From Marsupella aquatica (Eukaryota; Plantae; Marchantiophyta), in assembly GCA_973895155.1 (NCBI GenBank), contig OZ316895.1:742435-806434 (forward strand): a stretch of 64,000 nt of DNA, given 5' to 3'. Each line of letters begins with the position of its first letter. Positions within the stretch are counted from its first letter, which is position 1. The notes under the pieces were generated by a model. It did no database searches and was not told where the DNA came from. It saw nothing but the letters and a program-made list of their open reading frames with translations. The position numbers and the translations under genes were made by a program. This document shows positions 1 to 10,961 of the stretch, piece after piece.

Positions 1-302
1 CTAGATAAGTACCCGATTCAGATCGAAAATTACAAGTCTCTTCTGAACCGGTGACTTCTTTGCCGATGGATTAGGCACCATCTGTACCTGTGATTTTTGT
101 GCCGCAGGGTTTGGAGAACGTACTAGAACGGTCTATTTGTTTCCTGCCTCCGGATGATCACCGGACTTCCGGACTGGTGCCTTCGATACTCGATTAGGGG
201 GTTTCGGGATAGGCTTCTGTAAAACATTAAGAAATGAAAATAAGTTTATAACGCGAATGGTCGCGTGACTACAAAGAGAGACACTAAAATGAAGTGTATT
301 AC

Positions 303-1090
303 CTGTACAAGACGGTCGTTCAGTGCTGGAATTCCGCCGGAAATGTCAATCATAGCAGCACGGATCCCGGTAACTAGGTTACTTGCGGACGTCAGCTTGC
401 GGAAGTCCATGTCAAATAACGACAAGACTATCTCCCTACGGAATTTCTCAATTTGATCCGCGGCAAAATTAATTCTGTTTCCTTGACACAAGCACTTGGC
501 GTATCTCAAGATAAACACACCACAACTGTGGCCGTCACTCTGGTGAGGAATATCATTCCGATATATCCGTTCCCAACCTGAGAGATCCAAGTTGACACCA
601 GTTCTCTAGCCAATTTCGTCGGCGTAGTACTTCCCAACAATATCTAGCACCCCAGGATTTTGTCGATTATGAACTAGAGAATCTAGGTACTCCAGCCATT
701 TCTCCTTCGGATACAAGACTACCAATGACCAATGTTCTTTCACAGCATTGTGTACTGGAAAGACCAGTTTGTCGTATTCACTGATTTTTAGCGGAAACTC
801 CTTTGTCCAAGCTGCTCTCTCCTCGTCGAAAATGGTAGGATCCATGGAGAGAAGCTCAAAATGGTGTGTTGGAAGAATTTGACAAGGTCTGAATTTCCAA
901 CTCTATCGAGAATCAGTTCGAGAAAACTCAAATAAGCGTTAATTATATCATCGGTGAGCAACTCGCGCGGTCTCAAACACATCATATGTTTCCTCTTGAT
1001 CGAGTGTTGTAAGAACTTGGTCAATAGCTCTTCCATATCCTTAGAAGGATCAAGGCATTGATCTATTCGACTAGCCAAATTTTCAAAAAA
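303..1090 (-). pseudogene. Ulp1/peptidase C48 SUMO-protease domain exon
   Basis: Contains LTDDIINAYL, FPVHNAVKEHWSLVV (catalytic His), YLDSL (Asp) and PHQSDGHSCGVF (oxyanion Gln, catalytic Cys). Split by one frameshift and one TAG. Confidence 0.9.
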
Positions 1091-1139
1091 CTGCAAAAAA
1101 CAGAGATTTCAGTACGCCTTCAAATAACGTACTGAGGTT

Positions 1140-4100
1140 TGTGATGCCTAGACAGGAATCACTCGGCCGGTTAAGTGGGTAAAGCAGGAAGGCACCCTAG
1201 GAACACCTTAGTATAGTGACAAAACAAGGAAAATATAAACAATTAGGGGCAACCATGGAACCCGGGCAGAGGCCGGAGGTAAGGCTAAGGGTGAAAACCC
1301 GATTAGGGTTAGGGCGCGTTAAGCGTCGGCGGCTAGGAAGGATCAACGGGAAGAAGGACCGGCAGAGGAGAGGGGTAAGGAGCGCTTGCAGGAGATGGTG
1401 GCTCATTTGCGAGCACGAACTAGGCAGACGACTACGGGAGGCCAACTACTGTCAGCTGCTTAGGCAAGCACTCGGGGAGAGAGTAGATACCGACGATCGA
1501 CCTAAGGAGGGTATGAGCAACGTCAATCAAGCGGCACATTTCTGGGGATGCCTGTTCGAACGGGCAACTGAGTACATCAAGACTTACGAGGACGAGGAGT
1601 CAGAAAGGGCAGCTCGAGAACGGCAGGAGCTCGCTCGATTGTGGGAGCTGCAGAAGACGGCTTTCTTAGGAGGCGAACTCATCAAGGACGAGTTCCTGTG
1701 GATGCCTACTTCCAATCAACTCGACGATCTTCTGTTTTGCAAAGACAGCGTCGTCGGCATCCGAGAGGCCATCAAGAACTGCAACGACATACACTGGGAA
1801 TTAAAGGGTAGCACGGAAAGGTGGACCCAGGCAACGGTGCTAGGAGAAACCTCCACGGCAGCAGAGATGAAGAGGAAGGGAGCCATCAACGATGAAGCCA
1901 CCCCGGCAAAAAGAACGAGGTCGGCGGCACCAAAGAAGCCAGCCGAGCAGCAGAGCAGGAGGCAGGGAGAAGCCGAAGAGGAGGAGGTCGATCCCATCAA
2001 GGCCATTCCAACCAGGGATGACACCTGGAAGGGCTGGGCGGCAACCCTACCGGTGGAGGTGCAACTACATTTTGCACGGGAGGAGGATGCATGCTTTACG
2101 GCCATGCAGACCAAGAAGTACCAAGGCTTCATGGCCGGATCCGGCTTGGAGGCCTTTGTAAGATTACCATGGCTGAAGCCGGAGGTACCGGAGTCAGACC
2201 TATTAGAATTCGTGGGGTCATGGGAACCCGAGACCAATTGCACGAGGATATATGGGAGGGATTTCTATCTTACTCCCAAGGTAATTGCCGAAGTGTTTGG
2301 CTTGCCGATAGGCAATAAGACCAAAGTTGATACCAGGAAGACCTTGCCTGACAAGGAGTTCCGGTCGTTCCCCGGGCCATCAACGAAGAATGGCTTCTTC
2401 CGGAACACCTGCACCAACCCGCACATAGGAGAGATGATCGACTTCTTGCGGGTGACCATGCATTGTAACTTGCCGAGGGCAGAGATCGGCAAGGCACAGG
2501 TCTATCTGGCAGAAAGGCCAGACCCAAGCTGGGACTACAACGGGTACCTCCTCAACCAATTGAAGAAGATCTTAAAGGAGGAGCAGCAGGTAATCGGCAT
2601 GGGGAGCGTGTCGCGGCTTGGCTATCACATGCCGCTGTTGTGCCGGTATGCCAGAGGTCAGACTTTTGCCCCGGTACTTCCCCTGCAGGTAAGGGCACCC
2701 GAGGAAGCTCCAACGCCGAGGCCGTTGGCTGAGAAGCCTCCACCACCTGTTAGTCCTACGATCGAGCAGGTGTTTAGGCCCAGGAAGGAAGACTTGTCGA
2801 TGCAGCAACCAGACATGCAGAGTCTGCTGAAACTACTGGAGAAAGAAAAGAAATTGGCATCGGCAACAACAACGGCAACGGCAACAATGCAGGACACTAC
2901 TACAGAGGTAGGCCTACACCGGCTCACAAGAGAAAACCCCTTTGCTGGAAACAAGGAGAGAATCAGGCCGGAATCCAAGCCAGGTGTTCGAATGTACATG
3001 GGAACCTCAAGCTCCGAATCTGAGGCAGAATTGCCTGAAGCTCCTACCGACGAAGAGGAGAGGGAGAAGCCGGACGTCCAAGAAGTAGAGGAGGCAGTGG
3101 AGGACTGCAGCCATGATAATTCCGGCTATGGGTCGGACCATCACGTTCCAGGAGTAAGGACCTATGGCCGGTTTGTCCCCACACTTCCAAGGGTAGTGCG
3201 AGGGGACCCCAACCAGCAGAGTAGCCCTGAGTCTCCCCCACCAGATGTTGCTCCCCCGAGCTTCGACGACATAAAACAGACGGTGCAGGAATTTCAGGAG
3301 CGAATCAAGCAGGAGGAAGAGGTCGCCCTGGCTAAGGAAAAGGATTTACCAGGAGGAGATTGGCCGGAGGACATCAGGCGGCTAGCCGAAAAAGGAAGCA
3401 AACCTCTAGCCACGATTGAAGAGATCCGCAGGACGGCTTGGGAGCAGAGGCCACGATGGGCGATGCCGATCACTTCTACTTACTCCACCTACGCTAAGAA
3501 TAGAGCCATGGAGTATGGTGAGATGTGTGGGGAACTTGAGCTCGGCATCTTTGGAGAGGAGTTGGAGATAGGACCCTTTTTCCATAGGGAGCAGTTGGAG
3601 AAGCACCAATTAGAAGAAGCGGTGGCTTTAGAGAGAAGCAAGAAGGACGAGGTCATTCGGCGGCTTAGGAGGATGGAAGCCGAGATTGAAGATCTAAGGG
3701 CGGCCAAGAAAGCCCAAGATGAACTGCGGATTAAACGACATGAGCTGAACATCATGCAGGGGCAGTTGGACACCGCGCAGGCTGATAATCAGAATATCAA
3801 GGATAAACTGACTCAGACGCAGGAAGAGTTGGCCGACACGATCAAAGAGAGGGAGAAGTGGAAGCAAGAGCTGAAGAATACAGAGGAGGCCCACATAACA
3901 GCCAACAGCCGGGCCATGGCGGAGACCCAAAGAAAGGAATGGGCGTTGAAAGGGGAGCTCGAGAAAATCCGCGGAGCCCTTGAGCAGAAGGAGGTCGAGT
4001 TAGGGAAATCCTATCAAGGGATTATGGCGCTGCAGCAGGAGCTTGCGTCCCTGACGGCCAGCTTCAAGGCCGACCTAAGGGAGAAGGACGAGATGCTCGA

Positions 4101-5790
4101 ACAGACTTACGCCAAGATGAACCAGATGGAGTCTGTCATCATTGTAGAGCTCGACAAGGAGCTAAGAGCAACCCAGGAGGAGAGGGCTACCTTGAAGAAG
4201 GAATTGGAGGAAGCCCACAGGGAGCAGGAGGAGGCCAAAAACGAGCTGGAGGGGGCACATAAGGACCTGGATGAAACCCAAGAGGAGTTGGAGGAAATCA
4301 CGAGGAAGATGGAGAACCTACAGCGGCGGGCCGACAACCAAACAGAGCGGCTGAAGAAACAAGCCGCAGTATTTAAATGCTTAGCTGCAGCAGGTCCATC
4401 TCCCGTTGGGACAAACCAGTTACCAGGGGTGGTAATTGCCGAAGGACAAGCCGCGCCAACTGCACCAGTGCCGGAAGTAAGTGGGAAGGGGAAGGGACCA
4501 GCTGCCGAGCCACCAACGAAGAAGAAGCGGAAACCTTCAGGGTCAAGGAGTAATACGACTTCACAGGCCGTGGTGATCAAGGAGGTAGACCCAGCACCGA
4601 CCCCAGACAGGGTCACGGCTAAGGATCCAACTACCCTAGGGGAAGGGGAGGCCGAAGCCGAGGGAGTGGCTGAAGCCGAAGCCGTGGGAGTGGCTGAGGC
4701 CGAAGCCATGGGTATTGCCGAGGCCGGTGTCGAGGCTGAAGCCGAAGGTGGACCCAGTCAGGCCGATGGAGAGTTGACTCAGTCAAGGGCAGGTAATCTG
4801 TCAGTAGGCGGGCCAACGGCAGTGGCTGAGGAGGAAGTGTTGGGGGCGTCCATTGAGGATCCACCACCGGTGTCGTGACGGTGCAAGGGCGCCGTTCCTT
4901 TTAGGGAGGGCGGACGTGGAGGGAGGAGGCGTGAGTGGGCAGGGCGGGCGCGGATCTCCACGTTTAGGATTAGGATCAGAACCAGGAGCGGCCCTGACAC
5001 TTAGCTTAGTGGGATTGCGGTCCCACTGGTAGGAGCAACACTTGTGCTCCTGCCTTGCTGTACATAGGTAGATTCGGGCAAGTAGATGACTGTCAGGTAG
5101 ATTAGGCTTACGATGCAAAGAATGGCGGATCCACTACCAGGATAAGTACCTGGGCAGCGGGGAGCTCAGGGCCTCTTCTTTAGCAAGTTTTTAGTTTGCA
5201 CCAGCCGGGCTGGGATCAAGTAGTACGAGAAGCTCTCGGTTAGTCATACAGTGACCCTTGTGTATATTCATGTTTCCTCATGCCTAAGAGCTGAATAGAG
5301 TTGGCCTCACGGCTTAGTTCGCAGAACTTGTGTATGAGATGTACTGTTTGTATGGCAAGTGCATGGTATGACTCAGTCAGAATGAGTCATTTTGCTATTT
5401 GTGTGTCGCATTAACTTGTGTGAAGAGTGCCCACATCAACAGAAGGAAGGAAAGTAAGCAAGGGAGTGAGAGTTGGATGTGTCGAGCTGAGAGAGGTCTT
5501 AGCGGCTTAACCAAGCCTATTGGGGATCATTCCGGCGGCGGAATCCAAACATACCTAACAAGAAGACAGGGGAAGACAGGGGAAGGCCTATATTAGGCCG
5601 GCTACGTATCTCATGACCCGATGAAGGATCTGTCCAGTATATGTGTGTAAAATGTTAATAGTAGTAGCAGAAGGTTAGCAGCGTCCCATGCCGCTAAGCC
5701 GCGGAAACGGCCTCGCCAAGCACGAAACCTGCGGGAATCGGCTTGAGCTGGGGGGTTTCTTGGGTTTAGGGAGCCATGGGACGCACCACA
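1140..5790 (+). mobile_element. Solo-LTR-like element family A, copy 1 (4651 bp), inside an intron of the multidomain gene
   Basis: Starts TGTGATGC and ends GCACCACA (short imperfect inverted ends). 5-bp TSD AGGTT at 1135-1139 and 5791-5795. No gag/pol and no internal direct repeats. A second copy lies at 14285-18943. Confidence 0.9.
1513..4878 (+). CDS. LTR-borne protein (~1121 aa from ATG 1513; frame open from 1216) with a plant-retrotransposon accessory-ORF-like domain and a long coiled coil
   Basis: Intact ORF. The segment GLEAFVRLPW..LLEFVGSW..IYGRDFYLTPKVIAEVFGLP (~2128-2312) resembles plant mobile domain/Transposase_32/Athila-ORF1-like motifs. Heptad-rich region at ~3590-4370. TATAAA at 1234-1239. 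Confidence 0.75.
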   Translation: MSNVNQAAHFWGCLFERATEYIKTYEDEESERAARERQELARLWELQKTAFLGGELIKDEFLWMPTSNQLDDLLFCKDSVVGIREAIKNCNDIHWELKGSTERWTQATVLGETSTAAEMKRKGAINDEATPAKRTRSAAPKKPAEQQSRRQGEAEEEEVDPIKAIPTRDDTWKGWAATLPVEVQLHFAREEDACFTAMQTKKYQGFMAGSGLEAFVRLPWLKPEVPESDLLEFVGSWEPETNCTRIYGRDFYLTPKVIAEVFGLPIGNKTKVDTRKTLPDKEFRSFPGPSTKNGFFRNTCTNPHIGEMIDFLRVTMHCNLPRAEIGKAQVYLAERPDPSWDYNGYLLNQLKKILKEEQQVIGMGSVSRLGYHMPLLCRYARGQTFAPVLPLQVRAPEEAPTPRPLAEKPPPPVSPTIEQVFRPRKEDLSMQQPDMQSLLKLLEKEKKLASATTTATATMQDTTTEVGLHRLTRENPFAGNKERIRPESKPGVRMYMGTSSSESEAELPEAPTDEEEREKPDVQEVEEAVEDCSHDNSGYGSDHHVPGVRTYGRFVPTLPRVVRGDPNQQSSPESPPPDVAPPSFDDIKQTVQEFQERIKQEEEVALAKEKDLPGGDWPEDIRRLAEKGSKPLATIEEIRRTAWEQRPRWAMPITSTYSTYAKNRAMEYGEMCGELELGIFGEELEIGPFFHREQLEKHQLEEAVALERSKKDEVIRRLRRMEAEIEDLRAAKKAQDELRIKRHELNIMQGQLDTAQADNQNIKDKLTQTQEELADTIKEREKWKQELKNTEEAHITANSRAMAETQRKEWALKGELEKIRGALEQKEVELGKSYQGIMALQQELASLTASFKADLREKDEMLEQTYAKMNQMESVIIVELDKELRATQEERATLKKELEEAHREQEEAKNELEGAHKDLDETQEELEEITRKMENLQRRADNQTERLKKQAAVFKCLAAAGPSPVGTNQLPGVVIAEGQAAPTAPVPEVSGKGKGPAAEPPTKKKRKPSGSRSNTTSQAVVIKEVDPAPTPDRVTAKDPTTLGEGEAEAEGVAEAEAVGVAEAEAMGIAEAGVEAEAEGGPSQADGELTQSRAGNLSVGGPTAVAEEEVLGASIEDPPPVS

Positions 5791-6779
5791 AGGTTGTAGC
5801 CTAAGGGTTGTAGCCTCAGAAAATAGAAACAATAACAGATCAATAATAAAATAATGACGTCTATAATAGAAACTTTAAGCTTATAGCTTGCGAATGACCT
5901 TTGGATTGGGTGGATCCGGCCTTTTCACAGCTGATCTCTTGGGTGCCTCAATCGCAACAACATCCTTCAGCCCTCCTCGAGACCGCAGTGATCGCTCCAC
6001 CGGACCAGTTTGCGAAGGTTGGAGCGATGAGGCGGGAAGACCTTCAAATGGTTGTGGCATTTGATTCAAATATTCCACAATCTAGGAATCCGATTCCAAA
6101 ATATCCGGTGCCACAATTTCTACGCGAGTCACCTCTGCAATATATCGGGGTCGAGACCACGAACCCGGTCGCGTCAAGTCAGCTGTTAGTCTCTTAACGA
6201 CTTGAGCCAAGTCTGGTGCCAAAAACATTCCCAGGTCTTGCACTCGATTCTTGGAAAAGCGGACATTATTGATGATTGTCTCCATTCTGGATGCAGTGGC
6301 AGTCTTCTCCTCGGTAATCAAAAGACCCTTCCAATATTGCAAAGCAAGGACTGCCTGGACTCGGAGCTGCTCCGGTGAATATTTATTCCAATCATCCAAC
6401 GAGACCGTACTTAAGGGTGGATCGTTAAATTCAAACTCCGGGCGAAGAAAATAGTCTAATATTTTCTTCTTAACTGCAACTGAGGGTGAAGAAGGCTTTT
6501 TCAAATTCAGCCTTATTTTCGGTAGATGTTGTGCCTCAGGAATAAGCGAAAGATCCTTGGCCCTCTCGGCCTCCTTCCTCACTGCCTCCAGTCTTGCGGC
6601 TTCTTCTCTCTCCAGTCTTGCGGAATCGACCTTTTCCGCCTCCAACTTCTCCGCCTCCATCCTCTCCGGTCTTGCGGTCTCGTCCACCATCCTCTCGGCC
6701 AGCAGCCTCTCAGCCGCCACACTCTCCGCCTTGGCCCTATTTTCCTCTGTCACTAAAAGGACTCTCACAGCCTCCGTGT

Positions 6780-7395
6780 TCTCGGCCTCCGCTTTCTCCG
6801 CCTGGGCTTTCTCAGCCTGGGCTTTCTCAGCCTGGGCTTTCTCAGCCTCCGCTTTCTCCGCCTGGGCTTTCTCAGCCTCCGCTTTCTCCGCCTGGGCTTT
6901 CTTAGCCTGGGCATTCTCAGCCTGGGCTTTCTCAGCCTCCGCTTTCTCCGCCTGGGCTTTCTCGGCATCCGCTTTCTCCACTTGGGCTTTCTCAGCCTCC
7001 GCTTTCTCCGCCTGGGCTTTCTTAGCCTGGGCTTTCTCAGCCTGGGCTTTCTCAGCCTGGGCTTTCTCGGCATCCGCTTTCTCCGCCTGGGCTTTCTCGG
7101 CATCCGCTTTCTCCGCCTCGGCTTTCTCCTTCTTCTTCGCGGCAGTTGCTTTTCTAGCTGCTGCCTTTTTCTTCTTAACCTCCTTCTTTTGAAGCTCCTC
7201 TTGCCGGGCCGCCTCTTGTCGGGATGCCTCCTCCTGCCGGGCCGCCTCCTTCTTTTGAAGCTCCTCTTGCCGGGCCGCCTCCTGCCGGGCCGCCTCCTTC
7301 TTTTGAAGCTCCTCTTGCCGGGCCGCCTCCTGCCGGGCCTCCTCCTGCCGGGCCGCCTCCTCTCTGGCCTCCTCCTGCCGGGCCGCCTCCTCTCG
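6780..7395 (-). repeat. Coding minisatellites: 15-bp AEKAQ/AEKAE units (~6780-7130) and 18-bp EEAARQ-type units (~7190-7395)
   Basis: Tandem GCCTGGGCTTTCTCA and CCTCCTGCCGGGCCG units within ORF 6082-7572. Confidence 0.95.
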
Positions 7396-10300
7396 GTCCA
7401 CCTCATGTCGAGGCTCCTGTGTGGCCTCTTCATCAGAGTCCTCAGCATCCTCGGAACCCTCCATCTCCTCATCCTCTTCATCAGCGTCCTCAGCGTCCTT
7501 CATCTCCTCTCCGTCACTCTCTTCATCTCCTCTATTGTCAGAATCTCCGACATCGTTCTGCGTATCGGTCATCCACTTTGGATCTTGGTCATTGACATCC
7601 CCATCCGCGTCACCTTCCGCGTCACCTTCCCCTCACCATCCGCATCACCATTGCTCCCTGCATCCTCAACATTGAAGCTGCAGTCGACTTGATCTGAATA
7701 AAATCAAATCATTTGATAAGAATGACTCACGCGCATATTCGCGTGAAAAGAAATGTTATGAATGTCCACGCGCATGTTCGCGTGACGCAATAAAAAGTAA
7801 GAGGTTTCAAAAGTAACTTACCTTGGATTGGCCCACTAGGGTACTCCGTTGGTCGAATATACAATCAATCGGAATCTTCAGAGAGTGCATACTCTTGCAA
7901 TAATTGATTACAAATATTATCAGGGATATGTTGTTCGTGGAGGACATCCAAAACATCAGCCCTGAGAGCAGTTACGGATGGACGGTACTTCATTAATTTA
8001 TCTATACATTTTTCTATACTAGCCCGTACTGGGTCAATCAATGACAGCGTTGTATCAATTGTCACCGTGGTGTGTTGCAAGAAACAAGACAACTCCCTAT
8101 GCGTTGCCACAGGGCAGTAATATTTTACATTGGATCCAACATCCTGTAAAAAAAACCGAAATTAGTTCACAATATTAATTGAGAATATAATAATCTAAAT
8201 AATCTTAAAATCGAAACCCCAAAATATAAATCTCAAAACTTACCATTAAGCACTGGATCAAGTTCGTTCCCTCACCGAAGCATATAGCCCATTCCCCACA
8301 TTGGACGAATTGACTAACAATACTTTCAAAGAATGGAAGTATCTTTTCTGGGGAAGGTGTCGTGAACTCGCCGCTCTCTTCAAAATTGGCTATCTTCTCA
8401 ATCTGATATTTGGAGACCAATTGGAACTCGAGGGCTTGTGGATCGCCCATTGTGCTGAAGGCCAAGCTGTGAAAAGCGTAGGTTACAATAAGCTTCTTCT
8501 CCTTCGGCCGCTTCTGAATATAATGGCTATCGACAGCAACGTAGTGTGTGTACTTCCCTAATTCCCGTTTGATTAAGTAAGACTCAACGGGAGAGGCTAC
8601 AATAATAACCACATGGTGTGGTTTTGCCCCTATCTCGCTAGTAGCACGAAATAACCCCTCATAGAATGAGCAATTTGGCGGACGCAAATCTCCCATTGAT
8701 GAGGGATCAAAATAAATCAAGCTCGCAAGGTTCTTGTCTTCACGTATGATACAGTCTGCAAACCCAACATTTTGTATATCCTGTAGGGATTGCAATTTCA
8801 GCCTCTCACCGATCGGCCGCACTAGTTGGTTTCCTTGACTATCAACTGATTTCTGTATTCCTTCCACCAACCTGTAGAATATAGGGTCGATCTCCTTCAA
8901 CAAATTATCATTACTAATATTTACATTTAAGCACTTCTTCAGATAACCACTCAACGCATCTCTCAACTGCTTCAGCACCATCTTGTCGAGCTTAAAGCGA
9001 TCAATCATTCCTTTGACCCGCAATTTCCGCGCTGAATCTGTCAGACTTTTCAGCTTCGTCCGGGTGGATGTTTCCCCGTTGAGTTTACTCAATAATAAAA
9101 TCTCAAACTCAACTTTCGTCTTCTTCTTTATACAGAATTGCTCCAAACTCATGCTGGTCGTTGACAACACTGGAGCCTCAGAGGACTTCCTTGCCTTCCC
9201 AGATTTCACTTTGATGTTTCGGTTTTTGAGTATAGACAGTCTTCCGCTCAACATATATTCCGCTGCCTTTCGAAGAACCGAGTCTGAGCACCCTTGACAA
9301 GAACGGAATGTCTTCTTTAGAAGATGATAAGCACACGGATTATCCGCAATTTTGACGGCGTCCCTCTGTAAAATTCCGTTGTAAATTACAAGCTCTCCTG
9401 TCCTTGATAGTTCGTAGACCTCCATCCACTTCTTGAATGTTTTGTCCTCCATTGTAAAGAGAAACAGAGCCAATTCTCCAAATTTCATCATTTCGTTCTT
9501 CCCCATTTGAGCCCATGGGCAAACAAAACTCGGAGCTCTCATAAATACCTGAAAAACAATGGAAACATGACAATTCTAAGCTTGACGCGACCGTTCGTGT
9601 GACAAAAGTTTATACGATAATGTGATCGAAGAGGGTTATTTATATACCTTCCAATTTGAATGACGATAATGTGATCTAGGCCGCCCAAATGAGTTCCAGA
9701 TATTACGACACTGTCGTACAATGGTGAGAAACTGTCCTTCTTCCATTGATGTTTGATGACAGTGGTTCAGAGCTTTCGATAATCCCATCAAATGAACATT
9801 ATTGTCGTTGTTGAGCGTTACCCAAAACATTACAGCTTCTACAGTACCGCAAGCGTCTCGTACAACTTGGCTGACTTTGTCGTCCTCTCTTAGCAATTTG
9901 TATGCCATTATTGTGTGCTGGCCTCCGAGTATCCAGAAATGACTGGTCATAATGTCCTCCTCCTTTGGCGATGAATCGTAGGGTGTCCCATTGTAGTCGG
10001 GATCTCTGTCGGCCTCCAACTGAACCCACTTCACAGGGACTAAAAAGTAGCATCGCTTCTCAAACTTTATAGCCGAATGAGAGAGGAGTGAATTCTTTAG
10101 CCTATCTGTGTAATCCTGATTCCACTCTCGGCACTTGATGTGGTCCTGTGCAAGATGACAACGTGATGTCTCAACAAAAAATGACTTGTTGTTAAATATA
10201 TTCACAGCACTATATTCTTTGAGGAAAGAATCGAACATAGCCCCGACATTCGCTGAGGTAATTACTTTCGGAAGATTCTCCGCCAAGTATACTTCAACCT

Positions 10301-10961
10301 TGCTCACTGGCGGGGCCTTTCCCAAGCGAAATCCCTGGTTGAAAGGAACTCTCTGGAACTCAAGTACGTCAATAATGTATTGACAAATCAAATCTCCCGT
10401 TGATGCCTCTGGATCGGAAGGATATCCCACACTAGTAACCTTTTCCAAGGCGTGCCTTGCACCTAGAAGATCATTGATTCTGGGCTGATTGAAGGTTACA
10501 TATTGCGTTCGATCTAAACAAATGCTTATTTTGTCTTCCTGCTGGTCGTCGCTGACTAGCAGAACCAATCCCTCTGTACACTCTTTAACTTTCATGTTCT
10601 TCTCAAAGAAACACCCGAGAATTTTTGATCTCTCCAAAACTGTAGCTTTATCATTTCTTGCCACCACAAGACGGACAGCCCCATTGCGAACGACTATTCC
10701 AAAATTGGATATCTCAGTCGATTCAAAGAGATGGATACTCTTTGTCTCCGTTGTTCTCTCTCTGATTGACTTTCCTCGATATGCAAGTATGGATGTCTCC
10801 GCGGGAGTCATTTTTGTCTTGGTTTTCTTTCGAGAAGCAGCTTTAGACGAGTCTCTTTTCCGCTTTGAGGTTCCGGCAGGATCCATTCTGAAACAGACAA
10901 ATATTGAAAGTTAAATGTTTATTATAAAATACTAACACGCGCATGGTCGCGTCATGCCGAA

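Larger units (their letters stand above)
1..10886 (-). pseudogene. Six-exon multidomain gene (~1,900 codons): ParB/Srx-like + degenerate DNA-MTase-like + acidic/AEKAQ repeats + Ulp1 (C48) protease + possible NIF/FCP1 HAD start; disrupted
   Basis: Phase-consistent GT-AG model with exons 10886-9648, 9548-8244, 8143-7822, 7693-5899, 1090-303 and 216-<1. ATG at 10886. In-frame stops at 7865, 6082, 606 and 133; frameshifts near 7632 and 850. The 5898-1091 intron shrinks to ~152 bp once the solo-LTR insertion is removed. Confidence 0.7.

Noticed and set aside
1197-5118. Many short antisense and alternate-frame ORFs within family A (and their mirror set at 14957-18886)
   Set aside because: They are shadows of the long GC-rich ORF and recur only because the element is duplicated.
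6526-7692. Several overlapping ORFs (Arg-rich, SAWAF-repeat, GPPP-repeat)
   Set aside because: These are alternative-frame and antisense shadows of the AEKAQ/EEAARQ minisatellite in the real exon.
7865-10886. Bacterial or phage contamination as the source of the ParB/MTase-like region
   Set aside because: The region has spliceosomal GT-AG introns, is fused to Ulp1, and is interrupted by plant-type LTR insertions.
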